A stretch of DNA of 64,000 nucleotides from Bacteroidales bacterium (GTDB lineage: Bacteria; Bacteroidota; Bacteroidia; Bacteroidales; VadinHA17): NCBI GenBank assembly GCA_041686075.1, contig JAWLEO010000014.1:2627-66626 (forward strand), given 5' to 3'. The stretch's first letter is position 1; the number at the start of each line of letters is the position of its first letter. Shown here piece by piece: positions 10,592 to 21,024 of the stretch. The notes under the pieces are model-generated. The model did not search any database, had not been told where the DNA came from, and saw only the letters and a program-made list of their open reading frames with translations. The position numbers and the translations under genes are program-made.

Positions 10592-11764
10592 ATGATAAAG
10601 AGAGAATTGGAAAGCAAACTGCTCGAACTGGCAAAAAAGTTCCCGGTTGTATCAGTTACCGGTCCCAGGCAATCCGGTAAGACAACCCTTTTAAAGGTAT
10701 CTTTCCCTGAATATACTTATACATCCCTTGAAGATCCTGATACCAGGATAATTGCCAGTGAGGATCCACGGTCTTTCCTGGTAATGTCGGATAAAATGAT
10801 AATTGATGAAATACAACGTCTGCCGGAGTTATTCTCTTATATACAGACAATTACAGATCAAACAGGTATTAGCGGTCAGTTTATTATTTCCGGATCGCAA
10901 AGTTTCCTGCTGAATAAGGACATTGCCCAGTCGCTTGCAGGCAGGGTTGCTGTCCTGCGACTGCTCCCTTTTAGTTATATTGAGTTAAGGGGAGCGGATA
11001 TTAACTTTAGCTCATATGAAACACTCATCCATAAAGGATTCTATCCCAGGATATATGATAAAGAAATAGATCCTGCTGATTTCTTCCCAAGTTATATCCA
11101 GACATATATTGAAAGAGATGTGAGGTTACTTCAGAACATCAGGGACCTGAACCTGTTTGTCAGGTTTATGAAATTATGTGCAGGGCGTACAGGTCAGCTG
11201 CTTAATATGAACTCACTTGCTAATGATACCGGTGTAAGTGTTAATACTGTTAAATCATGGATATCGGTTCTGGAAGCAAGTTTTGTTATTTTCTTATTAA
11301 GTCCGCACCACAAAAATTTCAATAAGCGCCTGGTAAAAATGCCAAAACTATATTTTTTTGATACAGGCCTTGCGTGCTCATTGCTTGGCATTGAGACAGC
11401 GTCCCAGTTGAAGACGCACTATCTTACAGGAGGCTTATTTGAGAACTTTGTGATTTCAGAACTTATAAAGAGTCGCTACCACAGGGGCTTACGAAATAAT
11501 TGTTATTTCTGGAGAGATCATAAAGGTAATGAAGTAGATTGTCTGATTGAGAAAGCCCAGATATTAATCCCGGTTGAGATAAAGTCGGCAAGAACTTACA
11601 CGAAGAAGTTATTTAAAGGCCTTATTTACTGGAAGAAAATATCAGGAAATGAAAAGAAAGAAAAATTTCTTATTTATGGTGGAGACAATGACAGGCTTTT
11701 AGAGGATTATAGAATCATCTCTTGGAAGAATATCAATAATTTAATTAATATGGTCAACAGGTAG
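10592..11764 (+). CDS. AAA_14 ATPase with DUF4143
   Basis: TGPRQSGKTT, IIDEIQ, SGSQ, KLYFFDTGL, FWRD..EVD...PVEIK. Confidence 0.9.
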   Translation: MIKRELESKLLELAKKFPVVSVTGPRQSGKTTLLKVSFPEYTYTSLEDPDTRIIASEDPRSFLVMSDKMIIDEIQRLPELFSYIQTITDQTGISGQFIISGSQSFLLNKDIAQSLAGRVAVLRLLPFSYIELRGADINFSSYETLIHKGFYPRIYDKEIDPADFFPSYIQTYIERDVRLLQNIRDLNLFVRFMKLCAGRTGQLLNMNSLANDTGVSVNTVKSWISVLEASFVIFLLSPHHKNFNKRLVKMPKLYFFDTGLACSLLGIETASQLKTHYLTGGLFENFVISELIKSRYHRGLRNNCYFWRDHKGNEVDCLIEKAQILIPVEIKSARTYTKKLFKGLIYWKKISGNEKKEKFLIYGGDNDRLLEDYRIISWKNINNLINMVNR

Positions 11765-11860
11765 TTGGTGAACACCCTCTGCTCCTTCACTTATGCTGCG
11801 CGACGTAGTGATTAAGGGTGAGGTAAATACTTGTATCCCCGGGACTTCGTCGCGGAACGA

Positions 11861-11889
11861 AAAAAGCCGATGAAAATCATCGACTTTTT
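11861..11889. terminator. Bidirectional hairpin between convergent genes
   Basis: AAAAAGCCGATGA-AAA-TCATCGACTTTTT. Confidence 0.55.
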
Positions 11890-11969
11890 ATGTAACCGGA
11901 GCGGTTACACAACACGGAAAAAAATGGAAAATATAGCAGTTGTAAACCCTAATCTTTTGTCTGTAATGC

Positions 11970-12512
11970 TTATTTTTCAGCAAGCAGTATTTCAATGACT
12001 TTTTTACAGAAAGCATCAAGGTCAGACGGGTTTCGCGAAGTGATTAGTTGATTATCCACAACCACCTCTGAATCAACCCATTTAGCCCCTGCATTCTGAA
12101 GGTCTGTTTTAATAGAATGGAAAGAGGTCATTGTCCGGCCCTTTATCACACCTGCTTCAATTAGCAGTTGTGGTCCGTGGCAAATGGCAGCCACAGGCTT
12201 ATTATTATCAAAAAAGCTTTTGACAAAATATACCGCTGATGGTATTCTCCTGAGTTTATCAGGGTTGATCACGCCTCCGGGAAGGACCAGTGCATCGTAA
12301 TCATTTTCTTTTGCATCATCAACAGTCAGGTCAACTTCGATCTCGTTACTCCAGTCACCATGGTTCCAGCCTTTGATCTTTCCCTTCTGTGGTGCTATTA
12401 TACTGACCTCAGCGCCATTTTCTTCAAATACTATTTTAGGCTTGAACAGTTCAGATTCTTCAAAGCCGTCAGTGGCAAGTATGGCTATTCTTTTTCCTTT
12501 TATGTCTTTCAT
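11970..12512 (-). CDS. pfpI: PfpI/DJ-1 family (type 1 glutamine amidotransferase-like) protein
   Basis: Likely start MKDIKGKRIAILATDGFEESE; LPGG, nucleophile AICHGP, TSRNPSD. Confidence 0.9.
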   Translation of the reverse strand: MKDIKGKRIAILATDGFEESELFKPKIVFEENGAEVSIIAPQKGKIKGWNHGDWSNEIEVDLTVDDAKENDYDALVLPGGVINPDKLRRIPSAVYFVKSFFDNNKPVAAICHGPQLLIEAGVIKGRTMTSFHSIKTDLQNAGAKWVDSEVVVDNQLITSRNPSDLDAFCKKVIEILLAEK

Positions 12513-12976
12513 GATTTTCCAGTTTTTTAATTTATGAATTATTTTTTGGATACTGCTTTTGCACATTTATAATTTCCTTCGGGTGAAATCCGAAGAAAAT
12601 CTGTTGGCAGAGCTTTCAATAGATAAGCTGCAGTACCGGCTTAAAACTATAAAAAAACCGTGCCAGATAATTACAAAATAATGATCTGTTTCTGTCCATC
12701 ATGCTTAGATGCGTGTGCTAAGTACAGTAAATCATAGGCTATAATCAATTATCAGTATTAGCTCAATGGTTTCTAACTGGTGGCCCGGCATGAAATAATC
12801 ATTATTAATGAGTGATATTTTTCTCATTACCGGGTAAATATTCCACAGATATTACATATTCCTGCTTTATCCTGAAGATGGACAGGCACTGAACTGTCGG
12901 CACTTCGTCCCGAATCACTCGTGACTTAGCTTGAACCGCTACATAATGAAAAAGCCTCATTAATTATGAGGCCCCT

Positions 12977-13004
12977 GGTACCAGCAACGGACGAAAGTTG
13001 CAAC
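12977..13004. repeat. 28-bp att-like site S2
   Basis: GGTACCAGCAACGGACGAAAGTTGCAAC, preceded by hairpin GCCTCAT/ATGAGGC; same layout as 19007 and 21755. Confidence 0.7.
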
Positions 13005-13483
13005 AGGATCATGGTACACTGTACAGTCCCTGCTGAAATAGCTTCCTAATTTAAACACACACAAACAATAAGGAAGGAATGCTCAATGCCACCTAATATA
13101 AGGACAGGTGGCTTTTTATTTGATATTAATAAGTGGCAGGTTGATTCTCAATTGAGCTTCTCCGGGACCATGTGCCTGTCTGGCAGACGCTTGGTACTAC
13201 ATTTTCTTCAAATTAACCGTCATATGAAACATTATTATAATAAAATGAAACAATTTGCTTCAATTTCATTCATGCAGGAAACATAATCTGAATAATAGTC
13301 TACATACCTGCTATTTACCGCATTAGTCTTTGTTATAAATTGAATATTGATCGTTCATGAGCTCATTATTGAATGATCAATGGTTAAGAACCGGGTTTCA
13401 GGCCTCCAGGCTATTAACAGTATGCAGTATGTGATTTGAAAATATATAACATCTTAACATTAACTAACTACAAACAAAAAATT

Positions 13484-13915
13484 ATGAAAACAGTAAAATT
13501 TTTATCAGCCCTGTTTGTTATTGCCTTATTGACATTCAATCTGGCAATTGGTCAGCCCAAAAACTATACGATTACTGAAGAACCCTATTATGGCTGGGCT
13601 TACGATGGTAGTGAAATGGTCTCAGGAATTCAAATAACTGAAACTAAATGGAATAAAAATAAAGTTCAGGTTAAAGTTACCTGGCACCTGGTGGGAGAGA
13701 CTTCAGGAGCTAATTATGAAGCTGGTTTTATAGAAAATAATATTATCCATGATTTAAATAATGGGGTTTATAATCAAACCTATACATTTCATTTTTTTGG
13801 GAAAAAAGACAATGTGCCAATGGGTTATGGACAGGCCACAGGCCATGTAACGATCAATCCAGATGGAATAACTAAAGTAGATTTCTACGATATCCGTTGG
13901 ATCAATTTTTACTAG
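13484..13915 (+). CDS. Secreted hypothetical protein
   Basis: Start MKTVKFLSALFVIALL.. signal peptide; beta-rich mature part. Confidence 0.7.
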   Translation: MKTVKFLSALFVIALLTFNLAIGQPKNYTITEEPYYGWAYDGSEMVSGIQITETKWNKNKVQVKVTWHLVGETSGANYEAGFIENNIIHDLNNGVYNQTYTFHFFGKKDNVPMGYGQATGHVTINPDGITKVDFYDIRWINFY

Positions 13916-14006
13916 ATTCATAAGTAGAGGTGTAGTTTTGTCCCCAATAGATTAAAATATTTAAATAAATACCAACCAAACCTAACATTAACATAAATAC
14001 AGACCT

Positions 14007-14921
14007 ATGAAAAAGAACAAGTTAAGTATTGGACTAATCTTACTCTCTGTTGCAATAGTGTGTACTTATTGTACCAAGGAAGAGAGTTCCCTGGTCCCAG
14101 AGGGAGAGCTTTTAATGTTAAAGAAAGCTAAAACTTCGAACTACATACCGGGGACTGATATTACTGAACAGCTAAGAAGTGACCTGGAAAGTGGCCTGAG
14201 TGTAACCCTTCCTGCCGGTCATTTTTATCTGAGTGAAGGTGTCTGGACAGATGGATACACCGGTGGGACAGTTAAAGGTTCTGGCAGGGATCTAACAATT
14301 ATTGAGACAGCAGAGGGATTCCTTCCACCAGATGATCCTTATTTAAATGGAAGAGTTAGCGCAGGTATATTGACATTTCAGAATCCAGTAGGAGATATAA
14401 CAATTAAGGCTATGTCCTTCCTTGTCCAGGGTGAGCATCCTGCCGTAGGCCACATATATCCATTTGGAGGATATTATTCAACAAATATTGAAAATGTAAT
14501 TCTCGTTGCAGGTACCGGCGCATCTCTTGAATGCAAAGATCTATTTATTAAGGGTGAATATGTGGGTGATATAGAAGGTGCTTATCTTGGTTATAATATA
14601 TCATTTCCAATTGTCGGGACAGGATTCATGTGTTCAGGACCCTTCAATAAAATAAGTGTGAAGGATTGTGAGATTGATGGGTGCGGGGGCTCTGCGATGG
14701 GCATATGGACAGGTCGAACAGCAGAATTCAAGGATAACAAAATTACAAATGCCGGTATGGGTCTCTGGCTGATAGATGCCATTGAGGCTATTACAATTAA
14801 AGATTGCCATTTTGAGAATACTTCTCTGGTTATTCTTCAGCAAAATATCGCTGATGATTGTTTGTACTGCTTCAAAGATAACACCCTGGATGGTCAGGCC
14901 ATGGAAGATGATTGTCAATAA
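14007..14921 (+). CDS. Putative lipoprotein with right-handed parallel beta-helix
   Basis: Signal peptide with Cys (CTYCTKEE); VTLPAGHFYL...VKGSGRDLTII is a pectate-lyase-3-like start; C-terminal DNKI/DCHF repeats. Confidence 0.65.
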   Translation: MKKNKLSIGLILLSVAIVCTYCTKEESSLVPEGELLMLKKAKTSNYIPGTDITEQLRSDLESGLSVTLPAGHFYLSEGVWTDGYTGGTVKGSGRDLTIIETAEGFLPPDDPYLNGRVSAGILTFQNPVGDITIKAMSFLVQGEHPAVGHIYPFGGYYSTNIENVILVAGTGASLECKDLFIKGEYVGDIEGAYLGYNISFPIVGTGFMCSGPFNKISVKDCEIDGCGGSAMGIWTGRTAEFKDNKITNAGMGLWLIDAIEAITIKDCHFENTSLVILQQNIADDCLYCFKDNTLDGQAMEDDCQ

Positions 14922-15262
14922 CCCGGACTCCCTGACATAGTGTTCTGAGTTATTATTTTAGGTACCAGTATCAATTCTAGTTCAGGGGTGTACTGAAAGC
15001 CATATTTAATTCCTCCCGGGGAAATATATCTTTTGATACACCCCCCTTTCTGAACCCAGCCTTCTGCTTTAAAAAAGCTGCTGCTGTTAATTCAGCCTGG
15101 TCATTAAACCAGATGGCCCGGGCAATATTTCAATATTTCAAAAAGCTTCATCCTCATAAATATTGTCTGCCGCTTGACTTGAGAAGAATAAAAGCCTAAA
15201 TTTAGGTACAGAACGTGTAATGCACCAGGAAGACACCTTCATGGTATTCTGTTTATAGGCTT

Positions 15263-17314
15263 ATGACCCCGGGAGAATCACATAAGGCAGAAGAACTTTC
15301 CAGGGATGAAATATTCCTTAACAAAATAAGGGATTATGTTATCAGAAATATTTCAAGTGAAGCATTCAGCCTTGAAGCACTTGTACTTGAATTAGGTTAC
15401 AGCAGGTCGCAGGTTCACAAGAAATTAAAAAAAATAACAGGTAAATCTCTTTCTGCTTTTGTGCGGGAAATAAGGCTTGAAGAAGCCTTAAAATTATTAA
15501 GGGCAAAGGCTGGCACAGCATCAGAGATAGCATACCGTACAGGCTTCAGCAGCCCTGCATATTTCAGCCAGTGCTTTAATAATTACTTTGGTTTTACACC
15601 GGGGGAAGCAGTTAAAAAGGAAGTACAAAAACCAGATTCACTGAAGCCCGGTAGTAAGCATGGGTCATTCTCAAAACCCATTAAATGGAAGTTAAGGCTA
15701 GCTATTGTCATTCTGGCTGTCCTGTTGATTGCAGTAATTATTCTTGCGTATCCAAAAATATTCAATCGTGCCAAATCCGGACAACTAGGGGCAGAGGGAA
15801 AAACCACAGTTGCCGTGATGCCTTTCCAGAATATGACAAATGATACAACGAAAAATTATTGTGAAAAAGGAATCCAGATACTTATGGCAAACAGTCTTTC
15901 AAATAATAATGGAATACTGGTCAGACAGTCAGATATAATAAATGGAATGCTTGAAGGAAGGGGGATTACGGACTATGCATCATTAACACCTTCCATCGCC
16001 AGTTTAATTTCCAGGAAGCTGGATGCGGATATTTTTATTACCGGGAACATAATGCCTAAAGGAACAAGTTTAAGGATCACTGCTCAATTGATGAACTCCA
16101 GAACGAAGGAGATCATTAAACCCTTTCAGATAGAAGGTCCCAGGGCGGAAGAAAATATAATTATAATGACAGACTCGCTTTCAGAAATGGTTAATAATTA
16201 TCTTGTTATATCTGTTTTGGAAAAGGAATTGAATGAATTGGATGCATATCTGAAATTCTCATCTACCAGTTCTCGAGAAGCATTAAGAAAATATATTCTG
16301 GGTGTTAACGCACATTACAGAGGGGATGAACTCATTGCAAGAGATTGCTACCTGGACGCATTAAAAATCGATTCAAATTTTTTTGCTGCAAGCTGGGGGC
16401 TTGTTTGGGTATATAACAATCTTAGGATATATGACCAGGCTAAAAAAACATGTCTTAAATTATATGCCATAAGAAATGAGGTAAACAGATACCAGGAGGA
16501 CCAAATAAATTGGGCATATGCCTGGTTTTTTGAAACACCCCGGGAAGTAATTAATGCAGTCAGACAACTTCATGAAATTGATAACCAGGTTCCAGAATCT
16601 TATCGTATCCATGGTAATTCTTACGAAAGGTTGCATGAATATGAAAAAGCAATCCCTGAGTATGAAAAAGCACTGGATATCTATAAAAAATGGGATTTAA
16701 AACCAGAGAGGATTTTCTATTATACAGACCTTGGTCGTGCCTATCATAAAACAGGACAGTACAGGAAAGAAAGAAAGCTTTACAGAAAAGCAGTAAAGGA
16801 TTTTCCTGATGATTATCTTTTGCCTTATTATCAAGCTATTCTCGAATTATCTGAAGGTAAAACAAAAGCTGCAAATGAATACATTGAGAAGTATATATCT
16901 GTCAATAAAGAAAGGTCTTTATCTGAGGCAGATATTGCTATAAATTTGGGACGTATTTATTGGAACGCAGAATTATTTGATAAAGCAGAAGACTACTTGC
17001 GCGAGGCTTTAAGATTAAGACCTGAATCTCCCGCGACGATGAATGTTATTGCATTCTTCCTGATTGATACTGAAAGGAACATAACAGAAGGCCTGGAAAT
17101 CATTGATAAAGCACTTGAACTTAGTCCTGATCATTATGAATATCTTGATACAAAAGGCTGGGGTTTATATAAACAGGGTAAATACCAGGAAGCTCTTGAT
17201 ATTTTGCAAAAGAGCTGGGATTTAAGGATGGAAAATGCAGTATATTGGCATGGAGGGTTTCTTCATCTCGAAGCAGCAAAAAAAGCTGTAGCCGTCGGGA
17301 ACACCGAATATTAA
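15263..17314 (+). CDS. AraC-HTH + TM + TolB-N + TPR one-component sensor-regulator (paralog 2)
   Basis: N-terminal SRSQVHKKLK...IRLEEA...SEIAYRTGFSSPAYFSQCF (AraC), one TM helix, TVAVMPFQNMT, TPRs. Confidence 0.88.
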   Translation: MTPGESHKAEELSRDEIFLNKIRDYVIRNISSEAFSLEALVLELGYSRSQVHKKLKKITGKSLSAFVREIRLEEALKLLRAKAGTASEIAYRTGFSSPAYFSQCFNNYFGFTPGEAVKKEVQKPDSLKPGSKHGSFSKPIKWKLRLAIVILAVLLIAVIILAYPKIFNRAKSGQLGAEGKTTVAVMPFQNMTNDTTKNYCEKGIQILMANSLSNNNGILVRQSDIINGMLEGRGITDYASLTPSIASLISRKLDADIFITGNIMPKGTSLRITAQLMNSRTKEIIKPFQIEGPRAEENIIIMTDSLSEMVNNYLVISVLEKELNELDAYLKFSSTSSREALRKYILGVNAHYRGDELIARDCYLDALKIDSNFFAASWGLVWVYNNLRIYDQAKKTCLKLYAIRNEVNRYQEDQINWAYAWFFETPREVINAVRQLHEIDNQVPESYRIHGNSYERLHEYEKAIPEYEKALDIYKKWDLKPERIFYYTDLGRAYHKTGQYRKERKLYRKAVKDFPDDYLLPYYQAILELSEGKTKAANEYIEKYISVNKERSLSEADIAINLGRIYWNAELFDKAEDYLREALRLRPESPATMNVIAFFLIDTERNITEGLEIIDKALELSPDHYEYLDTKGWGLYKQGKYQEALDILQKSWDLRMENAVYWHGGFLHLEAAKKAVAVGNTEY

Positions 17315-17320
17315 CAGCTC
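16846..17320 (+). repeat. Near-identical block shared with 20556-21030
   Basis: Colinear at offset 3710; about 21 mismatches in 475 nt by eye; 16921-17098 identical to 20631-20808. Confidence 0.92.
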
Positions 17321-17332
17321 GTTTCCTGTCAT

Positions 17333-17433
17333 CAATTCAATTCGTGAATCGTGAGTTTGACATCAATAATTGTTTTGCATCCCCGTTGCAAAAGGAAGTG
17401 TACTTTAAAAAAGGGATGACACCCCCGGTTTTT
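17333..17433. repeat. ~100-bp non-coding repeat, copy A (copy B at 25203-25302)
   Basis: ATTCGT.AATCGTGAGTTTG.CAT.AATAATTGTT.TGCATCCC.GTTGCAAAAGGAAGTGTAC.TTAAAAA shared. Confidence 0.85.
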
Positions 17434-18555
17434 TCAGAATAGTCTTAGATAATTTTCGAAAACGTATAATTTTTTTCTTTTCCCACCGGTAATTTCTTTC
17501 AGGATTCCCAACACTTCAAGGTCATTAATTAACCTGTATGCTGTTGGGGGGGATAAATTAGTGATTTCAACGACAATTGAAGCATCAATTATTGGCTTTT
17601 GATACAGGTAATCCATAATTTTCAGAGCAGGTACTGACCGGCCTTTCAACTCTTGTATTTCACCTTCCACATCGCTCTTTAATTTAAGAATCTTATCAAA
17701 AGTTTTAATCCCTTTTTTTGCTGTTTCTATAACTCCTACCAAAAAGAATTTGAACCATTGATTTATATCATTTTTCTCTCTTACAATCATAAGATTATCA
17801 TAGTAAAGAGATCTATTTCGCTCAAAGAAATCGGATAAATACAATATTGGTCTTTTAAATATTTCTTTTTCGACCAGGTATAAGGTAATTAATAAACGAC
17901 CAACTCTTCCATTCCCATCTAAGAAGGGATGTATAGTTTCAAATTGATAATGAATAAGAGCAATTTTAAGTAAATCAGGAAAAAAGAATTCATTATTATG
18001 AACGAATTTCTCCAGATCATTCATTAATTCCTGTACTGAAGTATGAACCGGTGGGATAAAAACTGCATCATTTATAGAGGCTCCTCCTATCCAATTTTGA
18101 CTATTCCTGAAAACTCCCGGTTGCTTGTGCTTCCCCCTGACTCCCTTAAGCAATGTTGCATGAATGTTCCTGATTAATCGGGAAGAAAAGGGTAGCTCGT
18201 TTAAGGATTCAATTGCCGTATTTAAGGCATTTATATAGTTTTGAACCTCTTCCCAATCATCCCTTTTTTCAATTGATATATCTTTTTTATCTAATAAAGC
18301 ATCTTGAATACTGGTCTGGGTACCTTCTATTTTATTTGATTTTGTTGCTTCCTTAAGGACATGCATACTAATAAACAGGTCAACATTGGGAATATATTCA
18401 GAATACATGTCTAATCTTCCCAGCTGTCTATCCGCCTGGCTTAAAAGATTAAGTAGCTCCATGTCTTCGATAAGCCAGGGTTTATTAATTAATTCTGGTT
18501 GAAAGCTTTTATACGTTCCCTGATTAATATAAGTACCTGCCTTAAAATTTTTCAT
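17434..18555 (-). CDS. Fic family protein (class II) with C-terminal wHTH
   Basis: Catalytic HPFLDGNGRVGR; N-terminal inhibitory motif SNKIEG. Confidence 0.92.
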   Translation of the reverse strand: MKNFKAGTYINQGTYKSFQPELINKPWLIEDMELLNLLSQADRQLGRLDMYSEYIPNVDLFISMHVLKEATKSNKIEGTQTSIQDALLDKKDISIEKRDDWEEVQNYINALNTAIESLNELPFSSRLIRNIHATLLKGVRGKHKQPGVFRNSQNWIGGASINDAVFIPPVHTSVQELMNDLEKFVHNNEFFFPDLLKIALIHYQFETIHPFLDGNGRVGRLLITLYLVEKEIFKRPILYLSDFFERNRSLYYDNLMIVREKNDINQWFKFFLVGVIETAKKGIKTFDKILKLKSDVEGEIQELKGRSVPALKIMDYLYQKPIIDASIVVEITNLSPPTAYRLINDLEVLGILKEITGGKRKKLYVFENYLRLF

Positions 18556-18855
18556 AATATTTCTTAATTATCCAATTCTTTAGTTAAAGATAGGTAAATA
18601 TTTTTAAATAAGCACATGCTTTAATTAAAATATGCGCCAAAAATTAAAATAAGAGAAGGCCAAATGTAAGGCAAATGTTTAAATTAAGTAGAAAAACGGA
18701 CATACTGTAAAAGCTAGTGCCCTGACTACAATTCGCCGGATAAAATTGACCAGATGAAACTTGGGCTCATTCCCAGATATATTAATGAATGCTGAAATCT
18801 TATGATTAACGGTTCAATATTTTCGACATTTTCAGCTTTAGCAGTCAATCCCTGT

Positions 18856-18913
18856 TTGCAACTTTGAGAAAAAAACCGAATTTCAAAATTCAAAAGTTGC
18901 AAGCCTGAACTTA
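18856..18913. repeat. End site R1 with an internal inverted copy
   Basis: TTGCAACTTTGA...AAATTCAAAAGTTGCAAGCCTGAACTTA; similar to 25361-25387. Confidence 0.6.
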
Positions 18914-19006
18914 TGACAATCGGTTCTTCTTATTCCCTCAACTGGTAGGGGTTTCAGAAGGTCGTAAAAAGAAACAAGAGGTCGAAAATGACCTCTTGTG
19001 CCTCTG

Positions 19007-19034
19007 GGTGCCTGGAGCGGACGGAAGTTGCAAC
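19007..19034. repeat. 28-bp att-like site S3
   Basis: GGTGCCTGGAGCGGACGGAAGTTGCAAC after hairpin ACAAGAGGTC/GACCTCTTGT; GTGCCTGGAGCGG matches the tRNA-Leu 3' end GTACCCGGAGCGG at 11/13. Confidence 0.75.
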
Positions 19035-19104
19035 CAGCCAGGTGATCATTTATTTGACTTTGATAACAAGTTAGTTTAATTTTATATATCCAAACCAAAC
19101 AATT

Positions 19105-21024
19105 ATGCCTGAAAAACCAGATAATCCAAATAACTTCTGGCAGGAACTGAAACGCAGGAAAGTTGTTCGTGTCGTTATCGGTTATGCCGCTGCATCATAT
19201 GTACTCCTTGAATTAACATCAATAATAGCCGAACCACTGGGATTACCTGCCTGGACAATAAACCTTGTCCTGGTACTGTTATGCATTGGTTTTGTCATTA
19301 CAGTTGTAGTATCCTGGATATATGACTTTACTCCAAAAGGTATCGAGAAGACAAAACCAGCAAAGGTTGGCGGGGAGCAAGAAACAAGTACCAAACCACT
19401 AAAAAGGAAACTTAAAGTAAGCGATATTATCATCTCAGTTTTGTTGGTTGCAGTAATAGTATTGGTTTACCCCAAAATATTTAAAAAGGATAAACTGGAA
19501 CACCTGAGGTCAGGAGAGGAGATGACGATTGCCGTAATGCCGTTTCAGAATATGACCAGTGATACCACATGGAATATCTGGGAAGATGGTATTAAAGATG
19601 AATTAATAACACAGCTGACAAACTCAGAAGAACTGAAAGTCAGACAAACAGAATCCATAAATACTTTGATTGAAAGCAAGGAGCTAACTAACTATGCCTC
19701 AATCACACCTTCCATTGCCAATGAAATCTCAAGGGACCTGGATGCGGATGTGTTTATCAATGGTAGTATAAAAAAGGCCGGTAATAAAATCCGTGTAAAT
19801 GCTCAGATATTCGATTCAAAAACAAAAGAGTCATTAAAGTCTTTTACAATAGATGAACAATATAATGAAGACCTCATCCTTAATATCACAGACTCGCTTT
19901 CAGAAATGGTTAATAATTATCTTGTTATATCTGTTTTGGAAAAGGAAACGACTCGTTACAGTCGGTATTCATCATCAACCAGTTCGCCTGAAGCATACAG
20001 AAAATTTATCTTGGCACGTAATGCAGGAGGAAAAGCGGATTGGTCTACTGCAAAAGAGTACTTGTTAGACGCGCTAAAAATCGATTCAAATTTTACTGCT
20101 GCAACTATAGCACTTCTATGGAAATATAACAATAATGGGGAATATGACCAGGCAAAGAAAATATGTCTTAAATTATATGCCAAAAGAAATCAGATGACCA
20201 CATATGATAAGGCTAACATAAATTTTATATATGCCTGGCTTTTTGAAACACCCCTGGAAATGAGAATGGCAGTTAGACAACGTCTTGAAATTGATGACCA
20301 GGATCCAGTATTATATAAACTCCTTGGTCAAACTTATTTACGTTTGGATGAATATGAAAAAGCAATCCCTGAGTTTGAAAAAGGGCTTGATATATATAAA
20401 AAATGGGATTCAAAACCGGATTGGCTCACTTATTTTTTCCTTGGTCAAGCTTACCATCGTACAGGACAGCACAGGAAAGCAAGAAAGCTTTACAGAAAAG
20501 CAGGAAAGGATTTTCCTGATAATAGTTATTTGCTGCGTTGGCATACTATTGTCGCATTATCTGAAGGTAAAACAAAAGCTGCAAATGAATACATTGAGAA
20601 GTATATATCTGTCTGTAAAGAAAGGTCTGCATCTGAGGCAGATATTGCTATAAATTTGGGACGTATTTATTGGAACGCAGAATTATTTGATAAAGCAGAA
20701 GACTACTTGCGCGAGGCTTTAAGATTAAGACCTGAATCTCCCGCGACGATGAATGTTATTGCATTCTTCCTGATTGATACTGAAAGGAACATAACAGAAG
20801 GCCTGGAACTCGTTAAAAAAGCACTTGAACTTAGTCCTGATCATTATGAATATCTTGATACAAAAGGCTGGGGTTTATATAAACAGGGTAAATACCAGGA
20901 AGCTCTTGATATTCTGCAAAAAAGCTGGGATTTAAGGATGAAAAATACAGTATATGTTCATAGAGAGTTTCTTCATCTCGAAGCAGCAAAAAAAGCTGTA
21001 GCCGAAGGGAGCAACGAATATTAA
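19105..21024 (+). CDS. Membrane-anchored TolB-N + TPR protein (paralog 3)
   Basis: NFWQELKRRKVVRV lead as in paralog 1, IAVMPFQNMT, TPRs; C-terminus nearly identical to paralog 2. Confidence 0.87.
   Translation: MPEKPDNPNNFWQELKRRKVVRVVIGYAAASYVLLELTSIIAEPLGLPAWTINLVLVLLCIGFVITVVVSWIYDFTPKGIEKTKPAKVGGEQETSTKPLKRKLKVSDIIISVLLVAVIVLVYPKIFKKDKLEHLRSGEEMTIAVMPFQNMTSDTTWNIWEDGIKDELITQLTNSEELKVRQTESINTLIESKELTNYASITPSIANEISRDLDADVFINGSIKKAGNKIRVNAQIFDSKTKESLKSFTIDEQYNEDLILNITDSLSEMVNNYLVISVLEKETTRYSRYSSSTSSPEAYRKFILARNAGGKADWSTAKEYLLDALKIDSNFTAATIALLWKYNNNGEYDQAKKICLKLYAKRNQMTTYDKANINFIYAWLFETPLEMRMAVRQRLEIDDQDPVLYKLLGQTYLRLDEYEKAIPEFEKGLDIYKKWDSKPDWLTYFFLGQAYHRTGQHRKARKLYRKAGKDFPDNSYLLRWHTIVALSEGKTKAANEYIEKYISVCKERSASEADIAINLGRIYWNAELFDKAEDYLREALRLRPESPATMNVIAFFLIDTERNITEGLELVKKALELSPDHYEYLDTKGWGLYKQGKYQEALDILQKSWDLRMKNTVYVHREFLHLEAAKKAVAEGSNEY

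Noticed and set aside
12648-12666. Sigma-54 promoter for pfpI (TGGCACGGTTTTTTT on the minus strand)
   Set aside because: The -24 element is good but the -12 TTGC is absent, so it cannot be supported.
13005-13435. Riboswitch or ncRNA in the long leader
   Set aside because: Only isolated hairpins (GCCACCT/AGGTGGC plus T-run; TTGATC/GATCAA); no TPP, cobalamin or SAM consensus recognised.
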